From NCBI GenBank assembly GCA_009914755.4, contig CP068257.2, positions 36,896,001 to 36,960,000 of the forward strand: 64,000 nt of DNA. The letters are read 5' to 3'. The notes beneath the pieces are model-generated. The model was not told the DNA's origin. It saw only the letters and a program-made list of their open reading frames with translations, and ran no database searches. Of this stretch, positions 27,958 to 44,170 are shown piece by piece; the first letter of the stretch is position 1, and every line of letters begins with the position of its first letter. The DNA is from the human T2T-CHM13v2.0 reference genome, Homo sapiens. Made by a program: the position numbers and the translations under genes.

Positions 27958-29554
27958 TAAAAGAAAAAAAATATTCAAACATATTTGGTTTCTTATTGAG
28001 GTGAAGTTCACATAACATGAAACTAACAGTTTTAAAGTGAACAATTCAGTAGCATTTAATTAACAATGTTGTCCAACCAACACCTCTGTCTAGTTCCAAA
28101 CATTTTTGTCACCCCAAAAGGAAACCACGTGCTCAGAAGGCAGTCACTCCACATCACCCCTCTTCCTAGTCCTATGCTTTGCACACAACTGACTCACCCT
28201 GACAGTTATAACCTAAAAGTTAAATAAAATTATTAGTAAACTGCAAACCCCTGGCAAGTGAATTACTTAATATCTCTTAAAATCCTGACATCAAATGATT
28301 CCCCTGTAAGGCCATGAGATGATAAGAACATCCACCTCCCTCTCTTGCTCCAGTGGAATGAAACCCCCTCCTCAAGGAGGGTTACACTCAGGCATAGGCC
28401 CGATCACTCATCATATATTGACAGATGTGCAGGCCTGAGACCCCGCCTTCTGGAGCTTTCTAATGCTCCTTGTTTCTCAATCCAATCCTTGCTAGGAATT
28501 AGGCTCTTCTGCTGAATGTAAAATTTTTCCATCTGCCTCCATAAAGTATGTGCCACCTGTCAGCTGACTGGTCAACCCCAAGCTCAAAGTATATGGACAT
28601 TTTGGGGGTGACAATGGTGGGCATACATCTTTAGCAAAGATTAAGAAGGTACCAGAGGAGGACCAGCACAACCCAGCAATGCAGCAGAATCCATCAGGAA
28701 AGCTTTGGCTCTGGGTGGAGCTCCTTGCTTTAGCTCTGCCTTTGAGCGCTTGGGTGGCTGGGGAGGCACTGGGGTGGAAGGGAAGGAAGCAGGAATTCTT
28801 GCGCTGCAAATTTCACTACACTTGACCACAACTTGGAGTGGAAAGGGCACTGTGGTGCGTCTATCTGGCCTTCCTTTACAAGCCTTAAAATGCTGTGGAA
28901 TCCATCTGGATGGAAGACGCCATCCAATTATAAATCCTTAGGATACTTTTTATTGCCCTTTAAGAGTTCTGATGCTTGCTCTTCCATACCCATATGTTTC
29001 TGCTTAAGAGGCTTCATTCAAATCAAATTGGAAGAGAAGTCCAGATTACCCAACTACAATTACCTGAGCAAAAATCCCCTCAATTATCTTGGTAATCCAG
29101 ATAAATTCGGAGTACAAAGGTGAGTTGCCTGGATAGCACTGGCTAAGAACTGCTTTGTCTCCCATTTCACCTTGCATTATTATAATCTACTTGATTACAC
29201 TTCATTTATAACAATAGGGAGGGCTTGTTTTATGCCACACATTGCCACTTGCTCAAGTGTAAAATAAACCTTAAATGACTGATGTACTGCTAAATTTATC
29301 TCAAAAAACAATCATAACAGGAATCTTAAGGCAATAAAGTCAAACAAATAGAATTTTACAGAATTTAAAAATTATTTTGTGAGTGATTTATGCTAAAATA
29401 CCTCAAATTTATTTCAAAAACAGTCTTACTTAAAACTGACTTAAAATATATGTAGGATAAATAATCTGTAGTGAATTTAACGAAACTTCAGCAATTCAAA
29501 TGAATGCACGTTATTCTTCTTAAAAACAGATATCCTGAAAATATCCATCAGGAT

Positions 29555-29700
29555 AAATAGCTAATGCATGTGTGGCCTAATATCTAGGTGATGGGTTGAT
29601 AGGTGCAGGGAACCACCATGGCACATGTTTACCTGTGTAACAAACCTGCACATCCGGCACATATATCCTGGAACATAAAATTAAATTAAATTAAATTTTT
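29555..29700 (+). mobile_element. L1PA-type 3'UTR terminal fragment (~140 bp) with A-rich tail
   Basis: gctaatgcatgtgtggcctaatatctaggtgatgggttgataggtgcagggaaccaccatggcacatgtttacctgtgtaacaaacctgcacatccggcacatatatcctggaacataaaattaaattaaatt. This is the sense copy of the primate L1 3' terminus. Confidence 0.65.
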
Positions 29701-29756
29701 AAAAAGCAGATATTTGGAAAGTACCAATAGCTTCAAAGTAAAAATACTCTATACAC

Positions 29757-30059
29757 TGTTTTTGTTTGTTTGTTTATTTTCGTTTTTGTTTTTCTTTTTT
29801 GAGATGGAGTCTCGCTCTGTTGCCCAGGCTGGAGTGCAGTGGCGTGTTCTCAGCTTACCACAACCTCTGCCTCCTGGGTTCAAGTGATTCTCCTGACTTG
29901 GCCGTGCCACCATGCCCAGCTAATTTTTTTACATTTTTGGTAGAGATGATGGGGTTTCACTGTGTTGGCCAGGCTGGTCTCGAACTCCTGACCTCGTGAT
30001 CCACCCGCCTCAGCCTCCCAAAGTGCTGGGATTACAGGCGTGAGTCACCGCGCCTGGCC
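29757..30059 (-). mobile_element. Alu SINE, antisense, with ~30-bp internal deletion; 10-bp TSD with one mismatch
   Basis: ...gagatggagtctcgctctgttgcccaggctggagtgcagtggcgtgttctcagcttaccacaacctctgcctcctgggttcaagtgattctcctgacttggccgtgccaccatgcccagctaattttt ... ggcgtgagtcaccgcgcctggcc. The usual ctcagcctcccgagtagctgggattacaggc block is missing. Flanks are ATACACTGTT (29741-29750) and ATGCACTGTT (30060-30069). Confidence 0.9.
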
Positions 30060-31455
30060 TATGCACTGTTAATTTTATCACGACAGTTATAAATCCATCA
30101 AGATGTCCTGTGATTTTTCAACACAAATTACTCAAATTATGAACTTCTCTGTGTGCATTTTCCACTGGCTTGTTTATGAATCCTGCTGATATGTCTGCTA
30201 CAATTTCTCCAAAGGCTAAAAGATGTTTACAGGACAAATGACATCATGACCATGTCAGGCTTAAATGTGTTTATATCAGTTGGGTTTAGAGGGTCTTCAA
30301 AACATGGCTTTAAAATCTCAGTTATTATGGAGCTTAATGTGTTCCTGATGTTTCTGGAGTCATGTATTTCTAAAAATAGAGAAATAGATTGGTTAAAAGA
30401 AAATGAATTGTTGGTCTAATCTGTCTTATGCATGGCTAACGAAATGCATTTTCACTCTCTTCCGTGATAATACGACACTTAAAACTGTGAGGACCAATGG
30501 GGTGATAAGAGACAAAATAAACAGTAAATAGATACTCCATGTGAGTTACTACTCTGTAATAGATAGAAAAGATATTTTATAGAAAAGGGAAAATACCCAC
30601 AGACATATAAGCAATGTCCTGTGGTTGCTATCAAATTTACTGTTAGCTGTTTAAAACTGCCTTAAAGGTTTTTTAAATGTGTCTTTTCTACCATAGATTC
30701 TTTAGACGACAGCCATCAAGCAGCAAATACCTCGCAGGAGGCCATTGTGTTTCTATTTGAACTTCTATGGATGTCAAGCTCTGTTCTTCAAAATTTAGCC
30801 CTACAGATGGGTGGCCCACCGGAGAGAATTAATCTCACTATGCAGCCAACACTACCCTTTCTGGATCTTTCCCCAGTAGTGTGGATTCTGCTCTAGTCCA
30901 GAATTATGCAGAATAAGTATACTTCATCTTAGACACCATAATTCTTCAAATATCTAAAATGTATATTATGCTCTCCAAATCCTGGTCATCTCCAGGTTAA
31001 GTATCTCTCAAAAACAGTCCATCAGATAATATGATTTTAAATCTTTATCCCCTTGGTCATATACCCACAATCTCATTCTATTTACCAATATCCCTACTGA
31101 TGTATAAACTACATATGTATATGTGTGTTTTTTTTTAAAAAAAAAAAAGCAATTCCACTGTAATTTTAGCAGAGGTTATTTCCACATAGAGCTATGTATA
31201 TGTGTATATACACATATCTTTATATTATATAGTTTTCTGTGCTTTCCCAGTTATCTACAATGGGCATATATGACTTTTATAGCCAGGTAATTCAATATTC
31301 ATTCATTCAGTGAACATCATTGAGCATCCACTATGGGCTGGGAAGTGAGGATGGAGCCACAAACAAGCAAAATAAAAACCCCTGCTCTTGTGGAGTTCCC
31401 TTCTCATTGGAAGAGACGTACAGTAAAGAAAAAAATAAAAGAGTAAAGTTAATAG

Positions 31456-31814
<359 letters not shown>

Positions 31815-34800
31815 CTGGGGAACACTATTGAATAGTGTGGTCAGGGAAGGCTTTACTGTGAAGGTGATGAAGACCCAAAGAAAGTGAGGAACTAAGTCAT
31901 AAATGATGGGTAGAACATTCCGGATTGCGGGAGCAGCAAGTGCAAAGGCCCTGGGGTGAGGAATACCAAGAATGTTTGTGTGGGCAGAGCAGAAAGAACC
32001 AAGGGTAAAGCATTAGGAGATGAGGCTGAAGAAGTAACCGGGATCAGGTGGTTAGGGCCCTCAGGCCCTGGAGGAAGGCTGGCAGCGCTGGAGCCACACG
32101 GACTGACAATGTCTAGCAGTCATCCCGGCTCCCTGTGAAGAACAGACCCTCGCTTGCAGAGAAGCGAGGACAATTAGGAAAGCAGAGTCATGATCCACGC
32201 ACAGGATCACGGTGACTTGGACCAGAAAGAGAGCAGTGGAGCTGGGGAGTGACTCTTTTCAGTATTTCTCAGGTGGTACCAGTGGGATCTGCAGAGAATA
32301 CATAGTTAAAGGAAATGTCTGGAACTAAACATGACTCTTCAAACGTGATCCTACTGTGGCAGAAGAGAGGCGACTTTACATTTCCTTTCCCAGGATATCT
32401 TATTCTAATGAACACAGAAACCGTAAAATCAAGCCAACCAACATGATGAAAATGATTATATAAGGTACACAGCCCAGGCTGGATTTGAACTGATGAGGGA
32501 AAAAAAATCTCTAGTGAAAATTCCTCTCTCTAACCACAGCCTTCTCTCCTTCCATCTCTGCCTCACCCTTGCTCTTTCTGAAGCCTTCCTGGATGCTCAT
32601 GAAGCTCTCTCCTTCTTTGACTCATCCTATTTTCCCAGGACCTTTATCAACTCAGGGCTCTTCTCCCCTCCCCACAGTCAGCTCACTGTGCTCTGACTAG
32701 TTCCCTGAAATTGCTCATCCTCTTACTAACCAGGAAGCTTCTACCCGCTCTTGGTCTTCTTTCTCCACCCCAGTGCCAAAGAACTAAGCACTGATGGAGA
32801 AAAAGCATGCGGCTAATACTGTCTGTCTCTACCACAAATCTCATAATTTTTAAAATCCATTTGGAATTTACATTCACTCCTTAACTTCTTTTCATTCACT
32901 CCTAATTCACTTCCTATATAATTCTCTACACAGCTGCTGAAAACCTTCCTTTCTGCTGCCTCTTACCCCAAAACTACTCTCACATTACTCACAAAGGTTG
33001 ACCTTGTTTTCTATATACTTTTTTAGAGTAACGAAGCCATAAAATGTAAGTTCTTTCAACCTGGACCTCCCACTCTTGGGATTTCTCAATAGCTTCACCT
33101 GTATTCTCCCCCTTCACTCTTGACTCAGAGGTAAACGCTCCCTTGCTCCCAAATCCTTTAGCAACGTAGGGTTGATAATTGCTCCTTTCCAAATTTAATC
33201 CCTGCATCTGCGCCCCTGAGACAGACACTGCCATGATTTCCCAGCTTGCTGTCTTCTCCCTCCTGCATCTCCTCCCTTTCTCTGTGACGGATATTTTCCC
33301 TGTGCAAGAGAAATTTCTTCTGCCCTAAAATAAATAATCCAAAACATCTCTTGACTCCACTTAAGCTAACATTCAATATCTCACTTTCCCTTGTATTAAC
33401 AAAAGTTAATTGAGTCAGTACGGTGCTACAATTCTCAGACACAACGATAAACATGATAGAGACCATCAACATGCCTTGGCATTTTGCCTGCTTTCTCTTC
33501 AATTACTTGCAACTTGGCTTCTACTGAGCTCCACTGAAAAAGCTTTCATGACATGACCACATCCAATCCCAAAGAAACTGTCCCCTTGCCCAGTGGTCTT
33601 CAAAACCCTCCAACTCCACAGTGTCTCATTAACTCCAACTCATTTCCTACTAAACATCTCTTCTCAGCTCTTCAAAGTCAAAGATTGCGAACCAAATCTA
33701 CAGACTTCTCCTCTCTTCTCCTTTGGGTCCAACTCCATCCTTCTCCATGAAACTTCTTATTCCTAGAAATGGTGTCTGCACCTTTTAGGCTTCCAGGCTT
33801 GAGCCTAGAGTCATCTTTAACTCTTTCCATACCCAGACTCCCAAGACCCAGTCAGCTGTTTAGGTGTCTCCTCTGTATGCAGCACTTACTGTCATTGCCC
33901 TGGTCCATCTCCCAGAGCCCACATCTTGTCCCACTGTCTGCAAAGCCTTTCCTATATGCTGGATATAAGTGCAAACTCCCCCTAAAATCCCATTGAAGTT
34001 TTTACTTTTTTCTATCTTCTTTTTTTACTTCTTTTTATCTTCCTCTACTCACACAGAAGTGCTCCAATTATGAGGACCTTATTTTATTCCCTTTACTGTC
34101 AAACACAAAGCCAACATGCCATACGAAAAGATAGTACTGTGCTTCCTTCAGTGCCACTCTAGCACGCCCACTCCAGCACACCCTTCTTGTGCGGGTGTAT
34201 GCTCATGTGATACTATCACAGGCAACACTTACTATGCAATACGTTTTCCACAATCACAATATTTCCACAATATTGTGATATGAGCTCATTCTTCAGGCCT
34301 TGACACAAGCGCCCACAAACCTAAGAGAATGCATTTTCATTTTTATGATACACAGTTTTCGACTGCTCCACTCTGGCTGCCAAGGCATTCCTCCTCCAAA
34401 TCACAATGTCTATATCAAAAGAAGAACAATGAGGGAGAGCTGGAGGTAGCGCTAAGAAACAACCTGGTCCAGCTCCCAGGTCTCATAGAGAACACTCAGA
34501 ACACGCTTGTTAGAGGTATCTGCTCCTGGCCTCAGCTTCTCAGAAGCAATTACACATCTTCTGGGTAAACGTGGAGTGTGCAGCACAGAATACCAAAGCT
34601 GAGCTTCCCATTGTACCTGGTTGTTGATCTCCTCGTTGACCTCCCTCAGCTGAATATTTCTTAAGAACAGTGTTCAATTAATCCAACTATCCCTGGTGGC
34701 TGGCAGGATGAATCAGTTATGACTTATTTCATGTTTGTGGGTGGGTGTATGAAGTGGTCCTCAAAGGAGATTTTTGCTCTCTGCAGACAGTCTGCCTGTC

Positions 34801-36192
34801 TGTAGGTCACTTCCTGCCATTTCCTTTGAGTGGGAATATGAGCCAGGGTGTTGGAAGAAGGAAGAGTCCAAAAGATGTCTCAGGGAATGTCCCATAGCCA
34901 TTGGCCTGGTCTGCCCTAGATAACTTCTGAGCCAGGTCACCCTAAAGTGCTACATGAAAAGTCATGGATTTTTTTTCTAACTTGTTGATCTCAAATGTCG
35001 TGATTTGGCATGAATATCTAGCTTCCCATGTTGCAGCTATGGATTTATTCTTGCCAAAATATTGGGGATTGGGCTGGAGAGGGAAGAAGGTACGAAGATG
35101 CATTCTGTGTTGCTCAACAAGATCTGCATGGCCTCAACCAATGCGTGTTTGACCATATGGATATTTACAAACCCCACCATCAACTCACCAAAATGAAGAG
35201 TGTCTTAGACTTATTCTCACAAGACAAGAGGGAACGCTGCCTCTAAGGAGTCTCTCTGGGACACCTGGGAGAGATTTATTTAATGGTAAAGCAAGGAAAG
35301 GAAAAGATGAACAGTGACCTGCAAATCATTAAAGAGGGCGACTCGATCATAGGCAAGGGCTTTTATTAGTGCTAAAATTCCACTTCAAAGTTTGCTGATT
35401 CATGGATGCTTTTTGTTTTGCTGTTTATGTTGTAGAAACTGATTTGATTTTCATAGACAAAATAACTAGGCATTTATAACCACATATAGGTATGAAAGAA
35501 AGATAAAATGATGCCCTTAGCCCAGTCAGAAATACTCTTAACCATCAAAATAGTTCCCTGAATCTAATAGGCCAACAATATTCCAACACCAGAACCTTTG
35601 CTACCATAGCCAGAATTTTTAAGACTGCACCACTGTTAAGTAGAGGCAATTTTTAATACTTAGGGTCTAACCACAAGGCATAAAATGCAAAAAAAAATTA
35701 CATAATCCTGTACTTTTTAATAATTAAATGAAAATACATAGACTCTAAGCAGGAAAATATCTGAGATCCTTAAAACGGTATAATCATAATTGTTCTACAT
35801 TGGTAATATGTGTGATGATATTTTTCTCCAAAAAAAATTCTCTACCATTTCATTCTCTTTAATTTCTTCTAGCCCGTAAGGTCTAGCAAAGAGGAATACC
35901 TGAAAAGATGCAAATTGTACCCCTGTGCTGTTCAATGACAGCAAAAATTGCAGCTCCCCAACCCCACCTCTTATGTCCCCTGAGCAATCTGTGATCACTT
36001 GAGGGTGAGGACAGTATATTGCCCCAATAAACTGGCTTTCCACCAAGTACCACCAAGAAATCAAAACAGCTTTTATTTTATTGTGTCATCATATATAAGT
36101 TAATAGTTCATAATTAGTTCAAAATTTAAAATTATGTTCTAAAAATAAAGCTTTCTAAGTCAATGTAGGCAACGATTCCAAGATCCTTATAG

Positions 36193-36537
<345 letters not shown>

Positions 36538-36600
36538 AGTCATATGATTTCTAAAGAGAAACTGAACAGTTATTTGTAGAAACTCTGCAAAGCATGACTT

Positions 36601-37042
<442 letters not shown>

Positions 37043-38089
37043 CTAAAGGCATCATCTGAAGGCTCCTAGAGTATAGAGAAGTTCAGAATAAGGACCCCAA
37101 ACTATTGCACATCCTGACACTAACTAGCTGTAGCTGTGCACCCTGGACAGGGAGAGATCTAAACAGCTAGTTATCTTACTTCACCGAAATCTACAACTAA
37201 AGATGTCTATCCACGTGTTATAGCTTTGGCTTCCCTAATCTAGATGTTCAATCTACTTTTCTGCAATTTGGCAAAGTAAAACACACATATACAGTAATGC
37301 ACAATGTCCTGATTGTTGGGGTTTATTATTTGTTTTGCATTTACGCTTCTTAGGTATGTAACATGCCAAAGTCATGGGAGCTGAGTCTTTTGAAACAGAG
37401 GCTTCTTTGGGTGCAAATATTAATTTTCTATGAAAAAAAGAGAAAGTACAAAGAAAAGAAAAAACAGCAGTAATACAGAAATGAATATCTTCCTTGTCTA
37501 GGACACAGTGTTTTTTTTAACCTAGATTTCTTTGAACACAGACTGACACAAAAATTAAATACTATTGCTCCATTGGAGAGGTGCAAACCTGGGGCGGTGA
37601 GAGTGAGGGGAAGCGAGTGAGATTGTCACTACACTAGCTTCTGGGGACATGGAGACAGCCAGTCACTGAGCCCCTGCCTTCCCTTGGCCATGCAGATGCC
37701 TCTGATAGGTTACACGGAAAAATTCTACCTCACAGCAGCCCATGGGGTGGAGGAAAAATAGGAACTTAGTTGCCTACATTCTTCCTGCATCCCCTTCCTC
37801 ATTGGTCAGAGTCACCCTGCATGTCTGGGTTGTCACCTGCTCCCAAGGTGACCACTCCAAAAGTCAGGTTCTACGCCCGGTGGTGGGGTGCTTCATCCAA
37901 GTACAGAAATGCCAAGAGGATCCGGAAACCTTTTGACCTGGTTGCTGAGTCACAGGAAAGAAGGGCCAGCCCTCCTGGGACAGGTAACAGGCTGGCCCTG
38001 AGCTGTGGAAGCCCTCACACCCAGAAGGAGTCAATCTGCTGGGGTGGCCACTGAGACCGAGCAGGAGCTGAGGGTCCTGGAGTAATAGA

Positions 38090-38500
38090 TGGAGGCCCAT
38101 GAGATGTGTTCAGACACATAGTGTGTTTGTCAACTGCAATGTGTGTGTGCCCCCAAAATTCATGGGTTTAAATCCTTACCCCCAAGGTAGCAGTATGAGG
38201 AGGAGGGGCCTTTGGAAGGTGACTAGGTCATAAGGATGGAGGTCTCATGAATTGCATTAGTACCTTTACAAAAGGGACCCCAGGGAGATTCCCTCACCCT
38301 TTTGTCACAGTGTGAAGACCCAGCAAGAAGATGGACATCTATGAATCAGGAAGAGAGCCCTCACCAGAACCCAACCCTGCTACACTCTGATCTCAGACTT
38401 CCAGCCTTTAGAACTGTGAGAAATAAGTTTCTGTTGTTTATATGCCACTCAATGTATAGCACTTTGTTACAGCAGCCCAAGCTAAGACAGCCTATTATGT
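38090..38500 (+). mobile_element. Ancient MaLR-type LTR remnant (MLT1-like), sense; same family as 15650-16030
   Basis: ...ccttacccccaaggtagcagtatgaggaggaggggcctttggaaggtgactaggtcataaggatggaggtctcatgaattgcattagtacctttacaaaaggg ... ctgatctcagacttccagcctttagaactgtgagaaataagtttctgttgtttatatgccactcaatgtatagcactttgttacagcagcccaagctaagacag. This is the characteristic MaLR 3' end (...ccagcctccagaactgtgagaaaataaatttctgttgtttaagccacccagtct.tggtattttgttatagcagcc). Confidence 0.5.
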
Positions 38501-38821
38501 ATGAGCAGGTGGCTTTGAGATAATTGAGAAAACAGAGACTATAACTACAACCAGCCAGAGATGGGATCATTGCAAATGGGACTCGGGTTCACACAAGGTT
38601 TGTGACACACACACAAAAAAACATAAGGCAGATAAATCAGCAAGGGTAGCAGTCAGGAATTGACAGACGATTAATGGATTGAGGAAACAGAATAGATAAT
38701 TTAAAAGCAAACCTTTGTACACAAAAGAATTCAGGAGGTGATAAAAGTAACATTTTCATATCAGTTGGAAAGTAAGTTATTCAATAGCAACAGAACAATC
38801 ATTTATTGAGGAAAAATAACT

Positions 38822-39903
38822 ATTTCTTTCCTGGTTCAATCTTGGGGTGTTGTATGTTTCCATAAATTTATCCCTTTTTTTCTGGGTTTTCTAATTTTTG
38901 TGCACAGAAATGTTTTTTAATAGTCTCTGAGGTTTTTTTTTTATTTCTGTGGGTTCAGTGGTAATGTCCCCTTTGTCATTTCTGATTATGCTTATTTGGA
39001 TCTTCTCTCTTTTTTCTTTATCAGTCTAGCTAGTTGTCTATCAATCTTATTTATTCTTTCAAAAAACCAACTTTTATTTTTGTTGGTCTTTTGCATGGTT
39101 TTTTTGTATCTCAATTTCATTCAGTTCAGCCCCGATTTTGGTTATTTCTTTTCTTCTGCTAGCAGTAAGTTTGGTTTGCTCTTGTTTTTTCTAGTTCCTC
39201 CAGGTGTGACATTAGGCTGTTAATTTAAGATCTTTCCAACTTTTTGATATCAGTGTTTAGTGCTATAAACTTTCCTGTTAACATTGCTTTAACTGTATCC
39301 CAGAGATTCTGGTATGGTGTATCTTTGTTTTCATTTGTTTCAAATAATTTATTGATTTCTGTCTTAGTTTCATTGTTTACCCAAAAGTCATTCAGGAGCA
39401 GGTTGTTCAATTTCCATGATTTTGAGAGATATTCTTAGCATTGATTTTATTTTTACCGTGCTGTGGTCTGAAAGTACGGCTAGTATGATTTCAGGGTTTT
39501 TTTTCATTTGTTGCAAATTGTTTTATAGCCAAGTGCGTAGTCAATTTTGAAGTATGTGCCACGTGTAGGTGAAAAGAATGCATATTGTGTCGTTGTTGGG
39601 TGCAGTGTTCTGGAGATGTCTGTTAGGTCCATTTGGTCAAGTGTCAAGTTTAGGTCTCAAATATGTTAAGTTAGTTTTCTGCCTTGATGATCTATCTAAT
39701 ACTGTCAGTGAGATGTTGAAATCTCCCACTATTATTGTATGGTTATCTAAGTCTCTCACTAGGTCCCTAAAATTTGATTTATGAATCTGAGTGCTCCAGC
39801 ATTGGGTGCATACATATCTAGAACAGTTAAGTCTTCTTGTTGAATTGGACCCTTTATCATTATATAATGCCCTTCTTTGTCTTTTTTGATCATTGTTGGT
39901 TTA

Positions 39904-39905
<2 letters not shown>
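38822..39905 (-). mobile_element. L1 ORF2 5' segment (EN domain to ~codon 340) in INVERTED orientation; 5' part of a twin-priming L1
   Basis: The reverse complement reads colinear with L1 ORF2 from ...cagactttaaaccaacaatgatcaaaaaagacaaagaagggcattatataatgataaagggttcaattcaacaagaagac (TDFKPT.IK.DKEGHYIMIKGSIQQED) to ...ggataaatttatggaaacatacaacaccccaagattgaaccaggaaagaaat (MDKFL.TYN.PRLNQEE). The minus-strand ORF 39225-39410 translates to [51 protein letters not shown], which matches L1 ORF2p. Confidence 0.85.
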
Positions 39906-42632
<2,727 letters not shown>

Positions 42633-42818
42633 CTATCTCACATTATACATCTAAAAAATCCAAATAGATTAGATTTAATTAAAAATTAAACCATAAAACA
42701 CAGAAAGAAAATACAGATGAATAGTTATATAATTTAGGATGAGAACAGCCTCTGTCAGGATGAACTAAAGAATTCACAAAAAAAAATGTTAACAAATTAA
42801 ATGACATGTTAAAAATCT

Positions 42819-43120
<302 letters not shown>

Positions 43121-43479
43121 CTATATATTGAAAGACTATAAAAAATAGTTTTGGTTTTTTTCTCAGTAAAAAAATAATATATCCATTGTCAAAAATTTTC
43201 TATTTTCAATATTATTATTTAATAGAAAAATTTCAACAATTTCTGGAGAAAATATATGAAACACATTTGACAGAGTTTTAACATCCTTAACATAAAGGAT
43301 GTAACTTATATGTTACATCCTTAACATAATTTTCTTTGTTCAGTTAACAAGTTTTTATTGAGTATCTATATTGAAATATGCACTATGTCTGACACTGGCA
43401 ACACATTTGAGGAAATAAAGAAGAAAAATTCAAGTCCACATGGAAAAATGGACTAAGGACATGAAAAAGTATAAATCAT

Positions 43480-44170
43480 CAGTACACTTCTAATAAAGTT
43501 AATAATCAAAGAAATGCAAATAAATGTGACCTATCAAGGTCTTGCTATTTGTACTGTCAAATTATAAAAATACAATAACAAATATTGGCAGATATTGGGG
43601 AAACAAGTAATGTCATATACTGGTATGTGCTTAAACTGGTAAAAGTCTTCAGAAAGGAAATTGGAAATATATGTAAAAATTTTGGACAGTTGCATATTCT
43701 TTGTTCTAGAAATTCTACTTATATGATTAGAACCTAAGGAAGTTATCATAGATTTAATCAAAGATAGTTACAGGATATTCAACATAGCCCTGTATATAAC
43801 AGCCAAGAATCTGAAGCCAACAAAAAATATTTAGCTTAAAATGTATAGAATATACATAGGATGAAATTGCATAGGTCACTAAACAGTTTCTAGGGACATG
43901 GAAAAAAAAATGCCATATTGCAGAAATGCAATATTTTGGGATGATAAAAGGGCAGTTTCAAAAAATTGAAAAAATAGCAGTTACTATGACCTCTTTTGGC
44001 AAAAATAATTATATGTAATATTGTTCATGGAAAAATAGACTGGAAATATAACGATTAAAATGTTAATTGTATCTGGGTTGGTGAGATTACATATAATTAT
44101 TATATATAATCTTTACTTTTTTAGATTGTTGTTCACAGTGACATCAAGATTTGTCATGGGAGAAAAAATG
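43480..44170 (+). mobile_element. Possible very old L1 (L1MC/ME-like) 3' fragment
   Basis: agaaatgcaaataaatgtgacc ... ggaaattggaaatatatgtaaaaattttggacagttgcatattctttgttctagaaattctacttatatgattagaacctaaggaagttatcatagatttaatcaaag. This has loose colinearity with the L1M ORF2 tail ([11 protein letters not shown]...GEIGTL.HCWW-like order). It is highly diverged and remains a weak call. Confidence 0.35.

Noticed and set aside
43281-43335. Small hairpin / direct-repeat motif (acatccttaacataa ... ggatgtaacttatatgttac ... acatccttaacataa)
   Set aside because: A 15-bp direct repeat with a short palindromic spacer inside an AT-rich stretch. It is too short and AT-biased to distinguish from chance or local replication slippage, and there is no flanking signature of a MITE or miRNA hairpin.
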